This document shows, one piece after another, positions 12,480 through 25,522 of a DNA stretch of 64,000 nucleotides. The stretch is taken from positions 140,926,001-140,990,000 of the forward strand of contig NC_042998.1 of assembly GCF_006345805.1 (NCBI RefSeq), written 5' to 3'. Each line of letters starts with the position of its first letter. Positions within the stretch are counted from its first letter, which is position 1. A program made the position numbers and the translations under genes. The stretch comes from Octopus sinensis. Taxonomy: Eukaryota. The notes under the pieces were generated by a model. That model had not been told where the DNA came from. It saw nothing but the letters and a program-made list of their open reading frames with translations, and searched no databases.

Positions 12480-12905
12480 AGGACATAATGGAAATTAATA
12501 TGCACAAGTCAATTCTTTCAACACCACTACATCACATGAAAAATGATATCGCTTAGATGGCAACCATTTTCGGCTTCGCACGCCCGTGCTCTTTCCAAAA
12601 CTTGCACCATAATACCCTCAAGAGTTTCAGACCCCACTTTTCTGATTTCTGTATTGATGTCCTCCTTCAATTGCACAAAGGTCTCCGGTTTGTTTACGTA
12701 TAACCTCTCTTCCAAGTATCCCCACAAGAAAAATACGGGCTAGTCAAGTCTGGAGAACGTGAAGGTCATTCGAAGTAGACCTCACACATGGTTCCAGCAA
12801 GATGAAGCAACTGCTCATACCACAAGAGAAACAATGCAGTTGCTACGGCAATGTCAACTGGCCTTCACGTTCCCCAGACTTGACTAACCCGGATATTTTC
12901 TTGTT
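12480..12905 (-). mobile_element. Tc1/mariner transposase C-terminal fragment with internal inversion
   Basis: Minus: PSRSPDL...FLWGYLEERLYVNKPETFVQLKEDI...GCHLSDIIFH. Plus strand 12775-12904: WFQQDEATAHTTRETM...NWPSRSPDL. Confidence 0.85.
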
Positions 12906-13483
12906 CAGTGCAGAGTTGGTTACTATTTGCAAATGCTTCGAAACTACACCATCTGTCATTTCGAGAAGAGGTTGGTTTATCAAAGCGCAGAGAGAGAGGG
13001 GGGAGGGGAGGGAGGGGGCGGGAAAGACAGACAAATTTGAAATGATCTAAATCAGTTACGTAATTCGCTTCAGTTATTTATAAACCCATGCAGCGGCGGG
13101 TGGTTGCTATTCGTAATTAGTTGTTAATTAGTAATTATGAATAAACCAGAAATCATTCACATGAGAAATATTTCAATTTATTATTATATCTTCAACTAAA
13201 GTGAATTTCCTTTCACAAACTTGAATAACGCGAAAGCTTTTGTATGGCCGCTCGATCTGTTAACAAGAACAGCCAAATTCTCCCGTAAACACTACCCCAC
13301 AATCTTAAAAAATGGAACGGTATATTGGATGATGTAGTCCTAGATAACCGTTGACTGATCAGGATGTGATTGATCACCATTTACCAGGAGATAAGACAAC
13401 AATAGTACAGACCGAATAAACATCTAAAATAACTAAATTGGAGTATTTCCTTCAGATCTACCGCTCTTGTATACACATAGGGT

Positions 13484-13641
13484 CAGGTGTGGCTGTGTGG
13501 TAAGAAGCTTGCTTCCCAGCCACATGATTCCGGGTTCAGTCCCACTGTATAGCACCTTCGGCAAGTACTCTCTACTATAGCCTCAGGCTAACCACAGACT
13601 TGTGGATGGATTTTGTAGACGGAAACTGAAAGAAGCCCGTC

Positions 13642-13706
<65 letters not shown>

Positions 13707-13935
13707 CGTGCGTGAATGCTAGCGTGTGTGTGTCTGTATTTTTCTCCCACTAGTATTTGACAAGTGTTAGTGTTTTTACCTTCTCGTAACTTAGCGGTTC
13801 GACAAAAGACACGCTAGAATAAGTAACACGCTTAGAAAATAATAAGTAATGGGGTCGATTCATTCAACTAAAAGGTCTTCATGGCGGCTGTGCCCCAGCA
13901 TAGCCGCAGTGTAATGATAAACGATAAAAAGATAA
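13484..13935 (+). mobile_element. Bipartite SINE: family B tRNA head module + internal (TA)n(TG)n + family D 3' module
   Basis: Head caggtgtggctgtgtggtaagaagcttgct...ccgggttcagtccc (to 13642), microsatellite, then cttagcggttcgac...aataagt...ggggtcgat...ggcggctgtgccccagcatagccgcag. Confidence 0.8.
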
Positions 13936-13989
13936 ACGATAAAAAATAAACACACATCCTGGACCGCATCCGAAAAAGAGCCACTCAAC

Positions 13990-14527
13990 CGATCTGATGA
14001 TAATTTTGCTTGCCACTCCGTTACTTAGCCCGTCCGTAACGCTTCCACATGATTGGTTGAAGGGGGATTGTGATGGGGAGAGATGCGAGCGAAGTAGAGG
14101 GGAAATAGGAAGGCATGGGAAGGGTAGAGAGATGGGGAGGGAGAGTTGATGGTGAGTGAAATGTCTAATTTTTTAACTAAGTTTTTTCTTCCGTTACTTA
14201 GCCCATCTATAACAGTTTCACGTGATTATTTGAAAGGAAAGGCAAAGAGCGAAAGAAAAAGGAGAGAGAAAAAGAGGCTAAGGATAAGAGTGAGAGAGAG
14301 TGCTTTGTATTAAGTCAATAAAACTGTGCATAAAGGTGTATATATAAAGTGCATTAAGTAATCATCGTATTCCAATTTCCTTCACTTTTCAATGATTAGC
14401 AGACGAGGAACTATTTTTAGATACAGATACAACACAGACTACGCTTTCAGGTATTTTCGATAAAGTTTTCAGAAATAGCCCAGTACGTTTACCATTAATT
14501 CCGTGAAATATTCACGGGTTCCGCTAG
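13990..14527 (+). mobile_element. Non-autonomous Helitron, copy 2 (5' boundary uncertain)
   Basis: 3' hairpin CCGTGAA-ATA-TTCACGG (14501-14517) and CTAG (14524-14527) followed by T. Confidence 0.75.
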
Positions 14528-14754
14528 TTAGCATGTTAGCATAAAATTAATCGCAGATACTCTTCAGCCTCTGATACATGAGCGCGCTGTCTCTTCTCTT
14601 TGTCTCTTCTATCGCTACTATAATGGCTTCTAGTCGTTGGAGCTGATTGCGCTCATGCCATCCCTACTCAAGTATTGCCGTCCCATCATACTTTTTTCTT
14701 GTCTCATCTCTCTTGTGGAATCCACCACCCTCAGGCCACTGATCCCGATGGATT

Positions 14755-14971
14755 TTATTCTTTTACTTGTTTCAGTCATTTGACTGCGGCTATGCTGGAG
14801 CACCCCCCATAAAGGGATTTTAGTCGAAGAAATCGACCCCAGGACTTATTCTTTGTAAGCCTACTACTTATTCTATCAGTCTCTTTTGCCAAACTGCTAG
14901 AATAACAGGGACGTAAACACACCAAAATCGGTTGTTAAGCGATGATGGGGCAAACAAAAACGCACACAGAT

Positions 14972-15021
<50 letters not shown>

Positions 15022-15504
15022 TCGAGTTTCTATGATTGTATAGAACAATATACTAATGAGTGAAATTCCAACTTAGTCTGATTTTCACGTTTCATTATTT
15101 GCAATTTTTACAATTTTACAATTTTACAGTTTCACAATATTGAAATAAACTAGTGTTTTCATGCGTTACGCATTCATCAGGTTTATGTAGGTGCAGTCGT
15201 GTTCCACAGTTGACAGTCAGCTGTGGAACACGACTGCTCCTACATAAACCTGATTAATGCGTTCATCAGGTAAGTACTAGTGTATTTCAATATTGTAAAA
15301 CTGTAAAATTGTAAAGATTGCAAAATAATAAAACGTGATATACAACAGGCTTCTTTCAGTTTCCGTCCACAAATTCACTCACAAGACTTTGGTCGGCCCG
15401 AGGCCGTAGTGAAAGACACTTGCCCAAGGTGCCGCTCAGTGGGACTGAACCTGGAACCATGTGGTTGGGAAGCAAGCTCCTTACCACATAGCCACGACTG
15501 CGCC
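14755..15504 (-). mobile_element. Bipartite B-D SINE with a palindromic insertion in its internal microsatellite
   Basis: D module about 14755-14960, (CA)n, insertion about 15025-15338, B module about 15340-15504. Confidence 0.8.
15145..15186 (-). ncRNA. Type I hammerhead-ribozyme-like motif with canonical CUGAUGA/GAAA core
   Basis: Minus RNA AUAAAC CUGAUGA AUGCG UAA CGCAU GAAA ACAC UA GUUUAU: 6-bp stem I, 5-bp stem II, minimal stem III. Confidence 0.7.
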
Positions 15505-15584
15505 TGGTGGATTCTCAGCAATCCTTCCAAAGACCTGTTAACAAACCCGAGCAAAACCACAGCAGCCTTGTTTTCCAGAGCGTC

Positions 15585-16850
15585 ATTGCAAGTGGTAAAC
15601 CTTCGGACAAGTTAAAGGAAGACGTAATATGCTCCATTTTTAGAGGCAAAAGTAGAGCAGATGCTAAAAATTATAGGCCTATCTCTCTGACCTCACCTAT
15701 CAGAAAAGTCGTGGAATGAATTATCAGAAGGTATCTAGTCACGTTCTTTGAAGATAATTACTAACTGATACCCAACATAGTTTTCGATCGGGAAGAAGCT
15801 GCCTGACACAGCTCCTACAACACTACGACTGGGTGTTAAAACAGGTGCTCAGTTACTCAAATATGGATGTGATCAATCACGACTTTGCGAAAGTCTTTCA
15901 TAAAAATCGATCATGAAATGAAATGTCGCAAATTGCATGATCTCGGAATGGCTGCATGTTGTTTTAAAAGACTGAAGTCAAGCATTAGAACCCAATGAAA
16001 CTGCCTCCCAGGGAACAATTTTAGCATATGGAGAGTGGAGTTCCACAAGAACCCTAGAGATGATACGCACTGCAATATGATTTAAATGCTAAATATAAAC
16101 TGCTCAAAGTTAAATGAAATGCAGACAAAAAACACTGGACTCGGAAGAATTGCAGTACCAGAGACTCAATCAGTGTGTGACCCAGGCACTGACATGAGTA
16201 ATGATGATTCTTTTCATGTGCATATTACTAAGATTGTATTAAAATTAGTGAGGTGACCGGATGGATTCTAAGAACTTTCAGAACAAGAGTGTAGGAAACC
16301 ACGGTGGTCTTGTGAAGGACAATTTTCCTCCGCCGCCTAGAATATTACTCCAAATTATGATCATCATTTAGTATAAAATTAACAGCCGAACGTGAAGAAC
16401 TTCAACGCTACTACACGAAGAAAATTGCCTCGTTACAAGATTTCGACAATTCGGAAAGGCTAAAAAAATTACGATTCTACTCCTTTGACTGAAGACAGGA
16501 AAAATATCTCTGAAAAACCTGGAAGGATTTGCATCAAACTTTGGCATAGAAAGCTATACTTATCTCCGAATAGGTAGCCACTGTGTAGTGTCAAAGATCT
16601 CATCTTTGTCATCTAGATTTTGGATCAGATACTGCAATAGCTTAAGGTCCAAAGGCCCGCAGATTTTCAATATCCTTTAGACACATGCATGGTGCAGATA
16701 TAGATATCTCTAAAACGTAGTTGAGCCTTCTGTTGTCTAGAATTCCAAATAAGTCTACTTAGCAACAAGAAAAACAACCGAAGGCAGCAACTTAGAACTC
16801 CCTCATTCACGAAACTCTAACTGAAGGCGGAAGATCACAAGATGTGTAGC
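15585..16850 (+). mobile_element. CR1-clade LINE relic (RT and 3' region)
   Basis: ADAKNYRPISLTSPIRKVVE; QHSFRSGRSCLTQLLQHYDWVL; GWILRTFRTR; RLKKLRFYSF; NSLRSKGPQIFNIL. Confidence 0.85.
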
Positions 16851-16914
16851 AACACCAAATGCTGTGGTACCCGAGCATGACCACTGCTTACGGACTGAAA
16901 CAAGTTAAACATAA

Positions 16915-17538
16915 AACGCGCGCACGCACACACACACAAGCACATACACACACATGTACACATGCACAAACATACACAAACACACACATACAAACACATA
17001 CACACATACACAAACTTACTCAAACACACACACAAGCTTACACATACACACACATAAGCTTATGCATACACACACACAAACACAAGCATACACACACAAA
17101 CACATGTACACACACATTCACACACACATTCACATGTGCGCACGCGTGTTTTATGTAACAAACAGGATTTAAAAATATACTAATCAAGCACACATTTTAC
17201 GTCTTACTACACGTACAAGTCTATACGCACAAACATCTGTGTACGGGTACATACATACATACGCACACCACACACACACACACACACACATACACAGACA
17301 TGCATACGTATATACATACATATAAGTATACGTAGATATATATACACATACAAGCACATGCATACATGCATATGGCGGTGCCCCAGCATGGCCACAGCTC
17401 ATAAGCTGAAACTAGAATCAATCATACATACGCACGCACACACAAACATAAATAAATATATATATACATGTATGTATGTATGTATGTATGTATGTATGTA
17501 TGTATATACACACATATACACAGAGATACACACGTATA

Positions 17539-17607
<69 letters not shown>

Positions 17608-17630
17608 GTGTGTGTGTGTGTGTGTGTAAA
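16915..17630. repeat. Degenerate (CA)n/(ATGT)n/(TA)n/(GT)n array containing a short SINE-tail fragment (17375-17420)
   Basis: Directly visible; ggcggtgccccagcatggccacagctc matches the tail at 2772-2828. Confidence 0.85.
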
Positions 17631-17874
17631 AAGGCGGATAGTCGCCTTGCACGTGCGTTATTTATTAATTTTTTTTCTTGGTCAGCCACCTGCTATCAGT
17701 TCACTTTAGCTATCAGAGAGTGAGTTCCTCCCTCATACGTGCTGAATCGAATGGTGAAGTACCATCTTTCAGACTACTCGCCAAAGTTGAAGCTATAAAA
17801 TTTGTGCAAGCTACGTATATGTGTATCAAGGAACGTGAAAACTAGCAAAAAAAAAAAGGACTTTTTAAAATTCA

Positions 17875-18483
17875 TTTATTCTTTTACTTGTTTCAGTTCT
17901 TAGACTGTGGCCATGCTGGTGCACAGCTTTGAAGAATTTTTAGTCGAATGACTCGACCCCAGTACTTTTATTAAAAAAAAAACTGGTACTTGTTCTACCG
18001 TTTTTTTTTTTGCCGAGCCGTTGAGTTACGAGGACGTAAGCTCACGAACGCCGGTTGTTAAGCGGTAGTGGGACACACACACACACACACACATGCACGC
18101 GCGCACACACACACACACACACGCACACGCACACACAGTTCAAATTTATAGGAAAACAATGACGAAGATAAGTGTTGGAACAACAAGCAAGTGTATTAGT
18201 TTGATTTGGGGAAAAATGGAAAAGTATTTTATGTTTCAAGCCTACGCTCTTCAACAGAAAGGAATAAGAGGAAATAAAGAGAGAGAGAATAATAAAAAAA
18301 AACATGTTGAGTTCAGTGGTCCTGGGCTTCTATCAGTTTCTGTCTACCAAATCCACTCACAAGGCTTTAGTTGGCGCGAGGCTATAGTAGAAGACACTTG
18401 CCAAAGCTGCCAGGCAGGGAGACTGAACCCGGAACAACGTGGTTGGGAAGCAAGCTTCTTACCGCATAGCTACTGCTGCGCCT
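17875..18483 (-). mobile_element. Bipartite B-D SINE with an HHR-like unit inserted at its internal microsatellite
   Basis: D module about 17875-18075, (CA)n, insertion about 18138-18300, B module about 18325-18483. Confidence 0.78.
18228..18261 (-). ncRNA. Hammerhead-like motif, A6U variant
   Basis: Minus RNA CCUUU CUGUUGA A GAGC GUAG GCUU GAAA CA UA AAA; same family as 41113-41148. Confidence 0.45.
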
Positions 18484-18624
18484 GTAGATGTCTACAACAT
18501 TTTGTTTTTAACTTTTGGTCAACCCCAGGCCTCATAAGGCCGGTTACCTGGTTTCCATGATCTATAAATGACCGAGATTGTAATTCCTTTAAACTGGACA
18601 CCGACCCGTTGCAGGGTTCAAGGT

Positions 18625-19579
18625 AAGCATTTTTTGAAGAGAAGGAACAAGTCGTTTACATCGACCTCCCTACTTGACGGGTACTTTATTTTATCGAACC
18701 CCGTATGGAGAAAGGCAAAGTTGACCCCTGGGATTTAAACTCAGAATGTAAAGAGCTTGAAGAAATGTCGCTAAGTATTTTGCCAGACGTATTAACGATT
18801 CTGCTAACTCCCCACCTTATACCTACAACTAGCCAAAGCTATCCCAGTTAATTTATTTAACAAGCTGTGAATCTTGTCATCGAGTCTAAATCCAAACAGA
18901 TAATAAAGCAAATTCTAAGAGATTCCGTGCAGTCTAGTAAATATAGGATTCAAATTTTGGCACAGGCCCAGCAACTTCAGGGGAGGAGCAATGCCGTTTA
19001 CATTGATCCCAGTGCTCAGCTGATACTTATTTCATCGACCACGAAACGATGAAATGCAAAAATCACTTCCAGCAGAATTTGAACCCAGAACGTAAAGATG
19101 GACGAAATATCGCTAAGCATTTCGTCTGGCGTGCTAACGATTCTGCCAGTTCGCCACCTTAGGTTTAGCAAATATACAACGTAAAATTCTAATTTCTGCA
19201 TTTTCCCGAAGCAAATGGAATATAGTTCGACGTTTATAGTATCTCTTAGTTACTTGGCGACTATACTGTAATGCCTTTGAAAGAAACTAAATCGTAACCC
19301 ACCACTTACGTGATATTTTGGAAATGTTTTGCCATCTTAAGATTAGGAGATGATGTTTGTTGACTAATGTTTCTCAAGGTGAGTTCACGACAAAAACAAA
19401 GACAGAGTTTATCACAGTTACAATTATTTCTGTATCAAATCTGTTTATAAGGCCAGTTAACGCAAAAATTCCGTGTGAAAAGTTACGTAATATTTGCGGG
19501 TTCAAACATTAGAGTGATGCTTCGTCACACAAGTATCAAAGGTGCGCTCTTACACTGTACGTCTACAATAGGACTTTAC

Positions 19580-19624
<45 letters not shown>

Positions 19625-20320
19625 TTTTCGTGCTACTCCCAACGCCGTTAGCATTCTTAGGGAAACAGCAACACTTAAGACTTATTCCCATTTCTTTTTT
19701 TTTTCTAATACATACTTAAATCTATATATGATTCGATCATGGGGAAAATGGAAGTTTAGGAAGCCTAAGCTGTTTGTCAAGTTATAGGCATCGTAAATGA
19801 TGTAGAATGATTTCAACCGAGAATTGAAACCACCAAATCACGAACTCCCGACTTTTCTATAGCGTTGGGTACTTTAGCGCAATTAAGAGTTTAAAAGACA
19901 GCTACTATATTACAAATTTTGAATAGATGAATAAATCGAATAAATCGATTACATTCCCATCTTCCCAATACTTATTTAATCGACTACCAGAAGGATAAAA
20001 AAAATTAAAGTCGGAATCAGTGGGATTTGAATTCCGAAAGTAAAGAAGTGTACTAAATAATTTTATTCAAATTTTTTTTTCCAGTTTCTGTTACCCATCT
20101 GTCCTTCGGGAAATAACTTTTTAATTTTGGTACAAAACAAGCAATTTTGAGGGTGCGGAAAAGCCGATTACATCAATCCCAGTGCTGAACTGATACTTAT
20201 TTTTATCGACCTTAAAAATGATGAAAGGCAAAGTCGAAACGGGGAGCATTTGAACTCAAAGCGTAAAGAGCCAGAAGAAAAAAGCTACTGGCGCGGTAAC
20301 GATACTACCAGCTCGCCACC
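18625..20320 (-). mobile_element. Cluster of four family A SINE copies (about 18625-18818, 18947-19160, 19925-20050 partial, 20120-20320)
   Basis: Each carries aaaggcaaagtcgac/gaatttgaactc and ctaacgattctgccagctcgcc homology. Confidence 0.8.
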
Positions 20321-21613
20321 GTTGTGCAATAAATAATATAAATGCATAAAGCTTCTTTTGATTAGATACAAGATGAATTTTTCGCAGAGTATTGATTCAC
20401 TGAATTGTATCAAACTCTGTTATTTTAGTGCTACGTATTTGATTGCTCCTGGAGGGATGAAAGACAAAGGTGATCCTAGCAGGGACGAACATACATCTGT
20501 ATAAATTTCTTCCCAAAACACACACATACCATCACCACCACCACCACTACCACCACCACCACAACCACCACCACCAATAACAACAACAACAATAGTAACA
20601 ACACACAACAAAACTGGTCGCCCGAGAAGAAAGCCGCTATGAACACAAGGATTTCCTTGGATTAAAGGAACGAGCACAGCTGTTTACTCCCTTTACAAAT
20701 GGCACGATAGAATGGTTTTTATCGTCAACCGAACCATTTCCATTATATGCTAGTACAATCCTGCAAATTGGTCGGAACACTTTCTAGTGTTCGACTATCA
20801 TCACATATAAACCTCAAAGGACGTGTTAATACTAAAGCATTTATCACATGTCGCATTCGACATAAACCGAAATAAAACATCATGGAACATTCAGCATCTA
20901 AAGATAACAGCAAAACCATTTTGCACTCAATCCAATTCTTTCCTTTATCGCACCACGTACGCACAAAAATACAATGTTACGGGGTTGCTGTTATCTTTTA
21001 TTTTTATTTTTATAAGATACATAACTCATTCGAAACATTTGCTTTTTTCTTTTCCACAAGAATTTTGTTTAACTTGCAATCCGAATGCTAAATTTATCGA
21101 TTGAAACGCAGGAGTTTCCCTGAGGCTAAACCTTTCAATGACAAAGGTTATTAATTCATTCCTTGTCGGATCCATTCACTCAAATACTTAACTTCAAATT
21201 TTGTCAACTGTGAACCTCCGAAACTCTCACTCATATGTTCAGCCTCATAGTCAGTTGAACTGAAGTCGCAATCAATCATTCAATCACTCAATCACTTAAT
21301 TATCCTCAAATTTTGCCGACTCAGGTCAACAACAACTTTCAATTTCTTAACAACCCTTGAAAGTACTTTTCCCCCTAATTCAGATCAACAGCCATCCACT
21401 CAAATATCTTAACATTCTCACTCACTCACTCACTCACTCACTCACTCACTATTTCACTCACCCTCAGAGTCTTCACCTTCAGAACCACAACTATCTAATC
21501 ACTCACTCAAATTATTCAACCACATTATCTACAACATTGAAGTCATAACCAGTCACTCAGTCACTTGCTCACCCTCAAAAATTGCAAACTCATGGTCACT
21601 ACTACCCCTCTGG

Positions 21614-21845
21614 GGAGGCGCGTGGCTTTGTGGTTAGGGTGTGTGACTTATGATCGTAAAATTGTGGTTTCGATTCCCAGACCGGTCAACACATTGTGTT
21701 CTTGAGCAAAACACTTCATTTCACGTTGCTCCAGTCCACTCAGCTGGCAAAAATGAGCAATCCTGCGGTGGATCTGCGTCCCGTCCAAGTCGGGAATATA
21801 CACGTCATGGAAACCGAGAGACTGGCCCTTATGATTTGGTATGAT
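21614..21845 (+). mobile_element. tRNA-headed SINE family C
   Basis: ggaggcgcgtggctttgtggttagg...ggtttcgattcc head; central ttgtgttcttgagcaaaacacttcatttcacgttgctccagtccactcagctggcaaaaatgag loosely resembles CORE/Meta-type central domains. Confidence 0.8.
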
Positions 21846-22659
21846 CCAGGAAGGAATAACAACTATTTCTCCATTCAATCACAAACTCCCAAAATTTACC
21901 AACACAGACCACAATTATTCACGACATTCTTATATATTCGTGTTGGGAAGGAGATATAGGAATACGTAAAAACAATTAAAATGAGTAAAGAACCGTCACA
22001 AGACTAAGGAATTGCTAGACCGGAGTTAATTCTGTTGTCCATGGTGTATACGTGAGAGAGAGAGAATGCTTGAGTCCCACCCTAAACCCTAAACGAGACG
22101 CCAGTCTGTCACCGGCTAAGTACCCATCTCCCACCCGCAATAGCTGCTAGAACTAATTTTCAGCTGAATGAAATGAAGCAATACGAATTAAAGTGCTTCA
22201 CCCAAGATCACGATGGGTCTTCTGGACAGGAAATCGAACCTGCAGTCTTATGATTATCGAGAGCACAGTTGGCTAACCACTGAGCTACGCGTTTTCCCAG
22301 AAGGAATTAAAAAAGAAGTTAAAACTTCGAAACGTAGGAGAATAGCGACAGATTAATGGGGGTGGGTGGGAACTCTGGGAAATTGAATCAGGGTTTGAAA
22401 TGAAAAGCAGTGTTGTTCTTGTTGTTGCTGTTTAGTAGCAGATCGATCTTTATCATGCCAACATATGACTAAAAGTGCTCCAGCTGAGACTTTGCTGTCT
22501 TTGGTGTCTCTAAAACGGCATAAAAACACCCGCGTACTCTTTGTGTTTTAAGACCCTGGGTTGTATGTGATATGACGTAGATCTGAGTACTCTTTCTAGT
22601 TGGCTTTCTTATTGGTTCGAGATGGATAGTTTATAACGATTTGTGTGGATCCTATGGAA

Positions 22660-22670
22660 TGTGTGTGTGT

Positions 22671-22714
<44 letters not shown>

Positions 22715-22829
22715 GGGAGAGAGAGAAAGAGTGTTTGATATGTACACGCGAGAGCGAGAGAAGCAGAGTGAGAGTGAGAAGGTTAGAAAGATAGACCAAT
22801 ACAAATAACTATGTGTGTGTGGAGTGTGT

Positions 22830-22867
<38 letters not shown>

Positions 22868-22879
22868 GTGCGTGGGTGC

Positions 22880-22946
<67 letters not shown>

Positions 22947-22965
22947 CGTTCGTGTCTGCCTGCGT
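22660..22965. repeat. (GA)n and (GT)n microsatellites
   Basis: Directly visible. Confidence 0.9.
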
Positions 22966-23844
22966 GCATGGGAACTAAGAAATTCCTGGTTTGATACCCA
23001 GATGTGCATTTCGCCTACCAGAGAGAGTTGGATACTAAACCGTGGCAAAGGAAACTAACCGAAGAGATGGCGAACTCCAATAGAAAAACTGAGTTTGCGA
23101 CAAACATAAGCATAAACTTTCAGCTATCAGCATTTTCAAAAAGTTTGGCTGGTCCAATACAAGCTTTCACCACTGAAAAAAAAAAATCTTCCGTGTAGGT
23201 AGTCTAACAGCTGGCTGTTGGACTGTCATACGTCGCAAACGATAGGTGAGTCCATTATTATGTACAAAAGAACGGAGTAACCTTGAAGTCTAGTCTTCAC
23301 TTTGCAAGCTTGTGTGTTTGCCTATTCACATGTATGAGTTTTTGTGTGTAAACATGTCCATCAAAGAATGTAATGCTCACACACAGTATGAAACCATCTT
23401 GAAATCTTCTTGTAGGTCTAGTTACGTAGAACATAACCGGATATGTCATTTCTGTCGCCCGTTTTTTTATTACCATTTAAAAAAGATGAAGCATCTTTGT
23501 TCATTCAAGGAGATAACATTTTGAAAATAATAAATACATAAATAAAATTTTTCTTTATACAGTTAAAGAAATCACTGTCTGGTAAGAATGTTTCTTTCGT
23601 CGATAACAAGGGTTATTTTCAGATTCTTTAAAAATATCTACCAATGTTGTGCTTGGTTGGATACATTTCTTCCGTTCCTTTAACAGGATTTTCTCAATAT
23701 AAGGAGCTAACTTATTTCTGTCTCTATAAAATAATCTTGAAATAATAATTCGTCAAATGAACAACGAGAAACAAAACGATGACTTGTATATTCATTCTTA
23801 ATACATTCCGGCAGATTTGAACGTGAATATGGCAATCGCTGCCC

Positions 23845-24025
23845 CTTACATGATCTGTGTAGCAGCCTCCTAAAGTACTTCCTCTCAAATACCTGGATTC
23901 TTCGCTCCATGTCAGCGGTAAGAGTCCAGCTCTCTCATCTACACAGAAGAATCGAAGTCACTGTAGACTTGTACACTCTAAGTCTCTTTGGAAAACTAAT
24001 GGAATTGCTTTTCCATATGGTGTTC
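23845..24025 (-). mobile_element. RTE-clade LINE fragment
   Basis: IWKSNSISFPKRLRVYKSTVTSILL...ESWTLTADMERRIQVFERKYFRRLL. Confidence 0.75.
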
Positions 24026-24114
24026 AGTTTCGTTATGGCAGCTCACCCTGCCCAATCATATGGTTTCTGCTGTAATTGCTCTTAGTCTTTTTAATTGTAT
24101 TATTTTTCTATTTA

Positions 24115-24500
24115 TTGGTTTCAAATTTTAGCACAAGGCCAACAATTCCGGGAATGAGGGTAAGTCAATTTCCTTGATCTCAGTACTCAAATGGTACTTA
24201 TTTTATCAACACCGAAACGATGAAAGGCAAAGTCGACCTCGGCAGAACTTGAACTCAGAATCTACAGACGGACGAAATGGCACTAAGCATTTTCAAGGCG
24301 TGCTAACGATTCTGCCAGCTCATCGCCTTACTATTTATATATATATTAGTTTTAAATTTTGGAACAAGACCAGCAATTCCGGGGAAGAGGGTAAACCATT
24401 CACATCGTCCCCAGTGCTCAAATGGTACTTGCTTTATTAAGACCGGAAGGATGAAAGGCAAAGTCGACCTCGGCGGAATTTGAAATCAGAACATAAAGCA
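24115..24500 (-). mobile_element. Two tandem family A SINE copies
   Basis: Homology to family A at about 24115-24328 and about 24345-24500. Confidence 0.8.
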
Positions 24501-25239
24501 AAGCGCCGTGACCCTCAAACACAAGTGATGGTGATGTTAACATGTTGCTTCCTACACGATAAGTTGGAAACGCATCACTGTCTCTTAAACATCTCCCTAA
24601 ATCTCTCATCTACTGACTCCAAGTGCCAGACCCTGATATATTGCTTCAGCTGATAAGTTAAAGCACATGAGTGAGTGGTGTTGACACTGGCTGTGGAGAA
24701 GCTGCAGCAATGGCCAATGATCACTAACCAGGACAGAGTAGTCTCAAGAAGACCAACGACAAGGTGTGCGTGACTGAAGATGACCCACTCTATATTTCAT
24801 GGACATCAGCTTGTAGTCGACAAAGACAGCTCCATTTACAGTCTCCGTCCAATATGCAAGTGGATAGGCTTTGGGTTAGTATCCTGTCCTCTCAAACTAC
24901 GAAAACAGTTTGTAGTGCAAAAGCATCACATCAACTGCGGCTGTTGAACGATCCTGCTGGAGTACTTTCACTCTTTTGTCTGTCGCTCAACATGTACACA
25001 CCTAAGTCTAAGTCAGTCAAAAATACTACACACTTTCCAGACCGGGAATTGAACCTACAATCTTATGATCGTGAGCACATTTGTCTAACCAGTAAGCTAC
25101 TCCCCTTCTCAGTAGAAATGAAAAAGAGAAGTTAACACGGAATTCGAAATGGTGGAGAGTGAAACGAATATTTATAATGACTTAATACATAATTAATACT
25201 TAATGCAGAGTTTCTTATATTAATACATAATTATATTCC

Positions 25240-25460
25240 TAACCACATGGTTCCGGGTTCAGTCCATGCATGACACCTTGGGTAAGTCACGGGCCAACTA
25301 AAGCCTTTTGAGTGGATTTGGTTGATGGAAACGTATGTATGTATATATGTATATATCAAAGTACAGGTGATGAGTTGAAACAATTGTAGGTCTGGTCTTG
25401 TCAAAGTATTAATGAACTTTTATTAATCTTATCTTCATCTTCTCTCTCTCTCTCTCTCTC

Positions 25461-25522
<62 letters not shown>

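Noticed and set aside
23199-23245. Candidate micro-exon ag|GTAGTC...GATAG|gtgagt (GSLTAGCWTVIRRKR*)
   Set aside because: Poor polypyrimidine tract, no recognisable protein and no partner exons; needs RNA-seq.
25365-25390. GAUGA GUU GAAAC AAUU GUA hammerhead-like remnant
   Set aside because: Stem II is essentially deleted and stem I does not pair.
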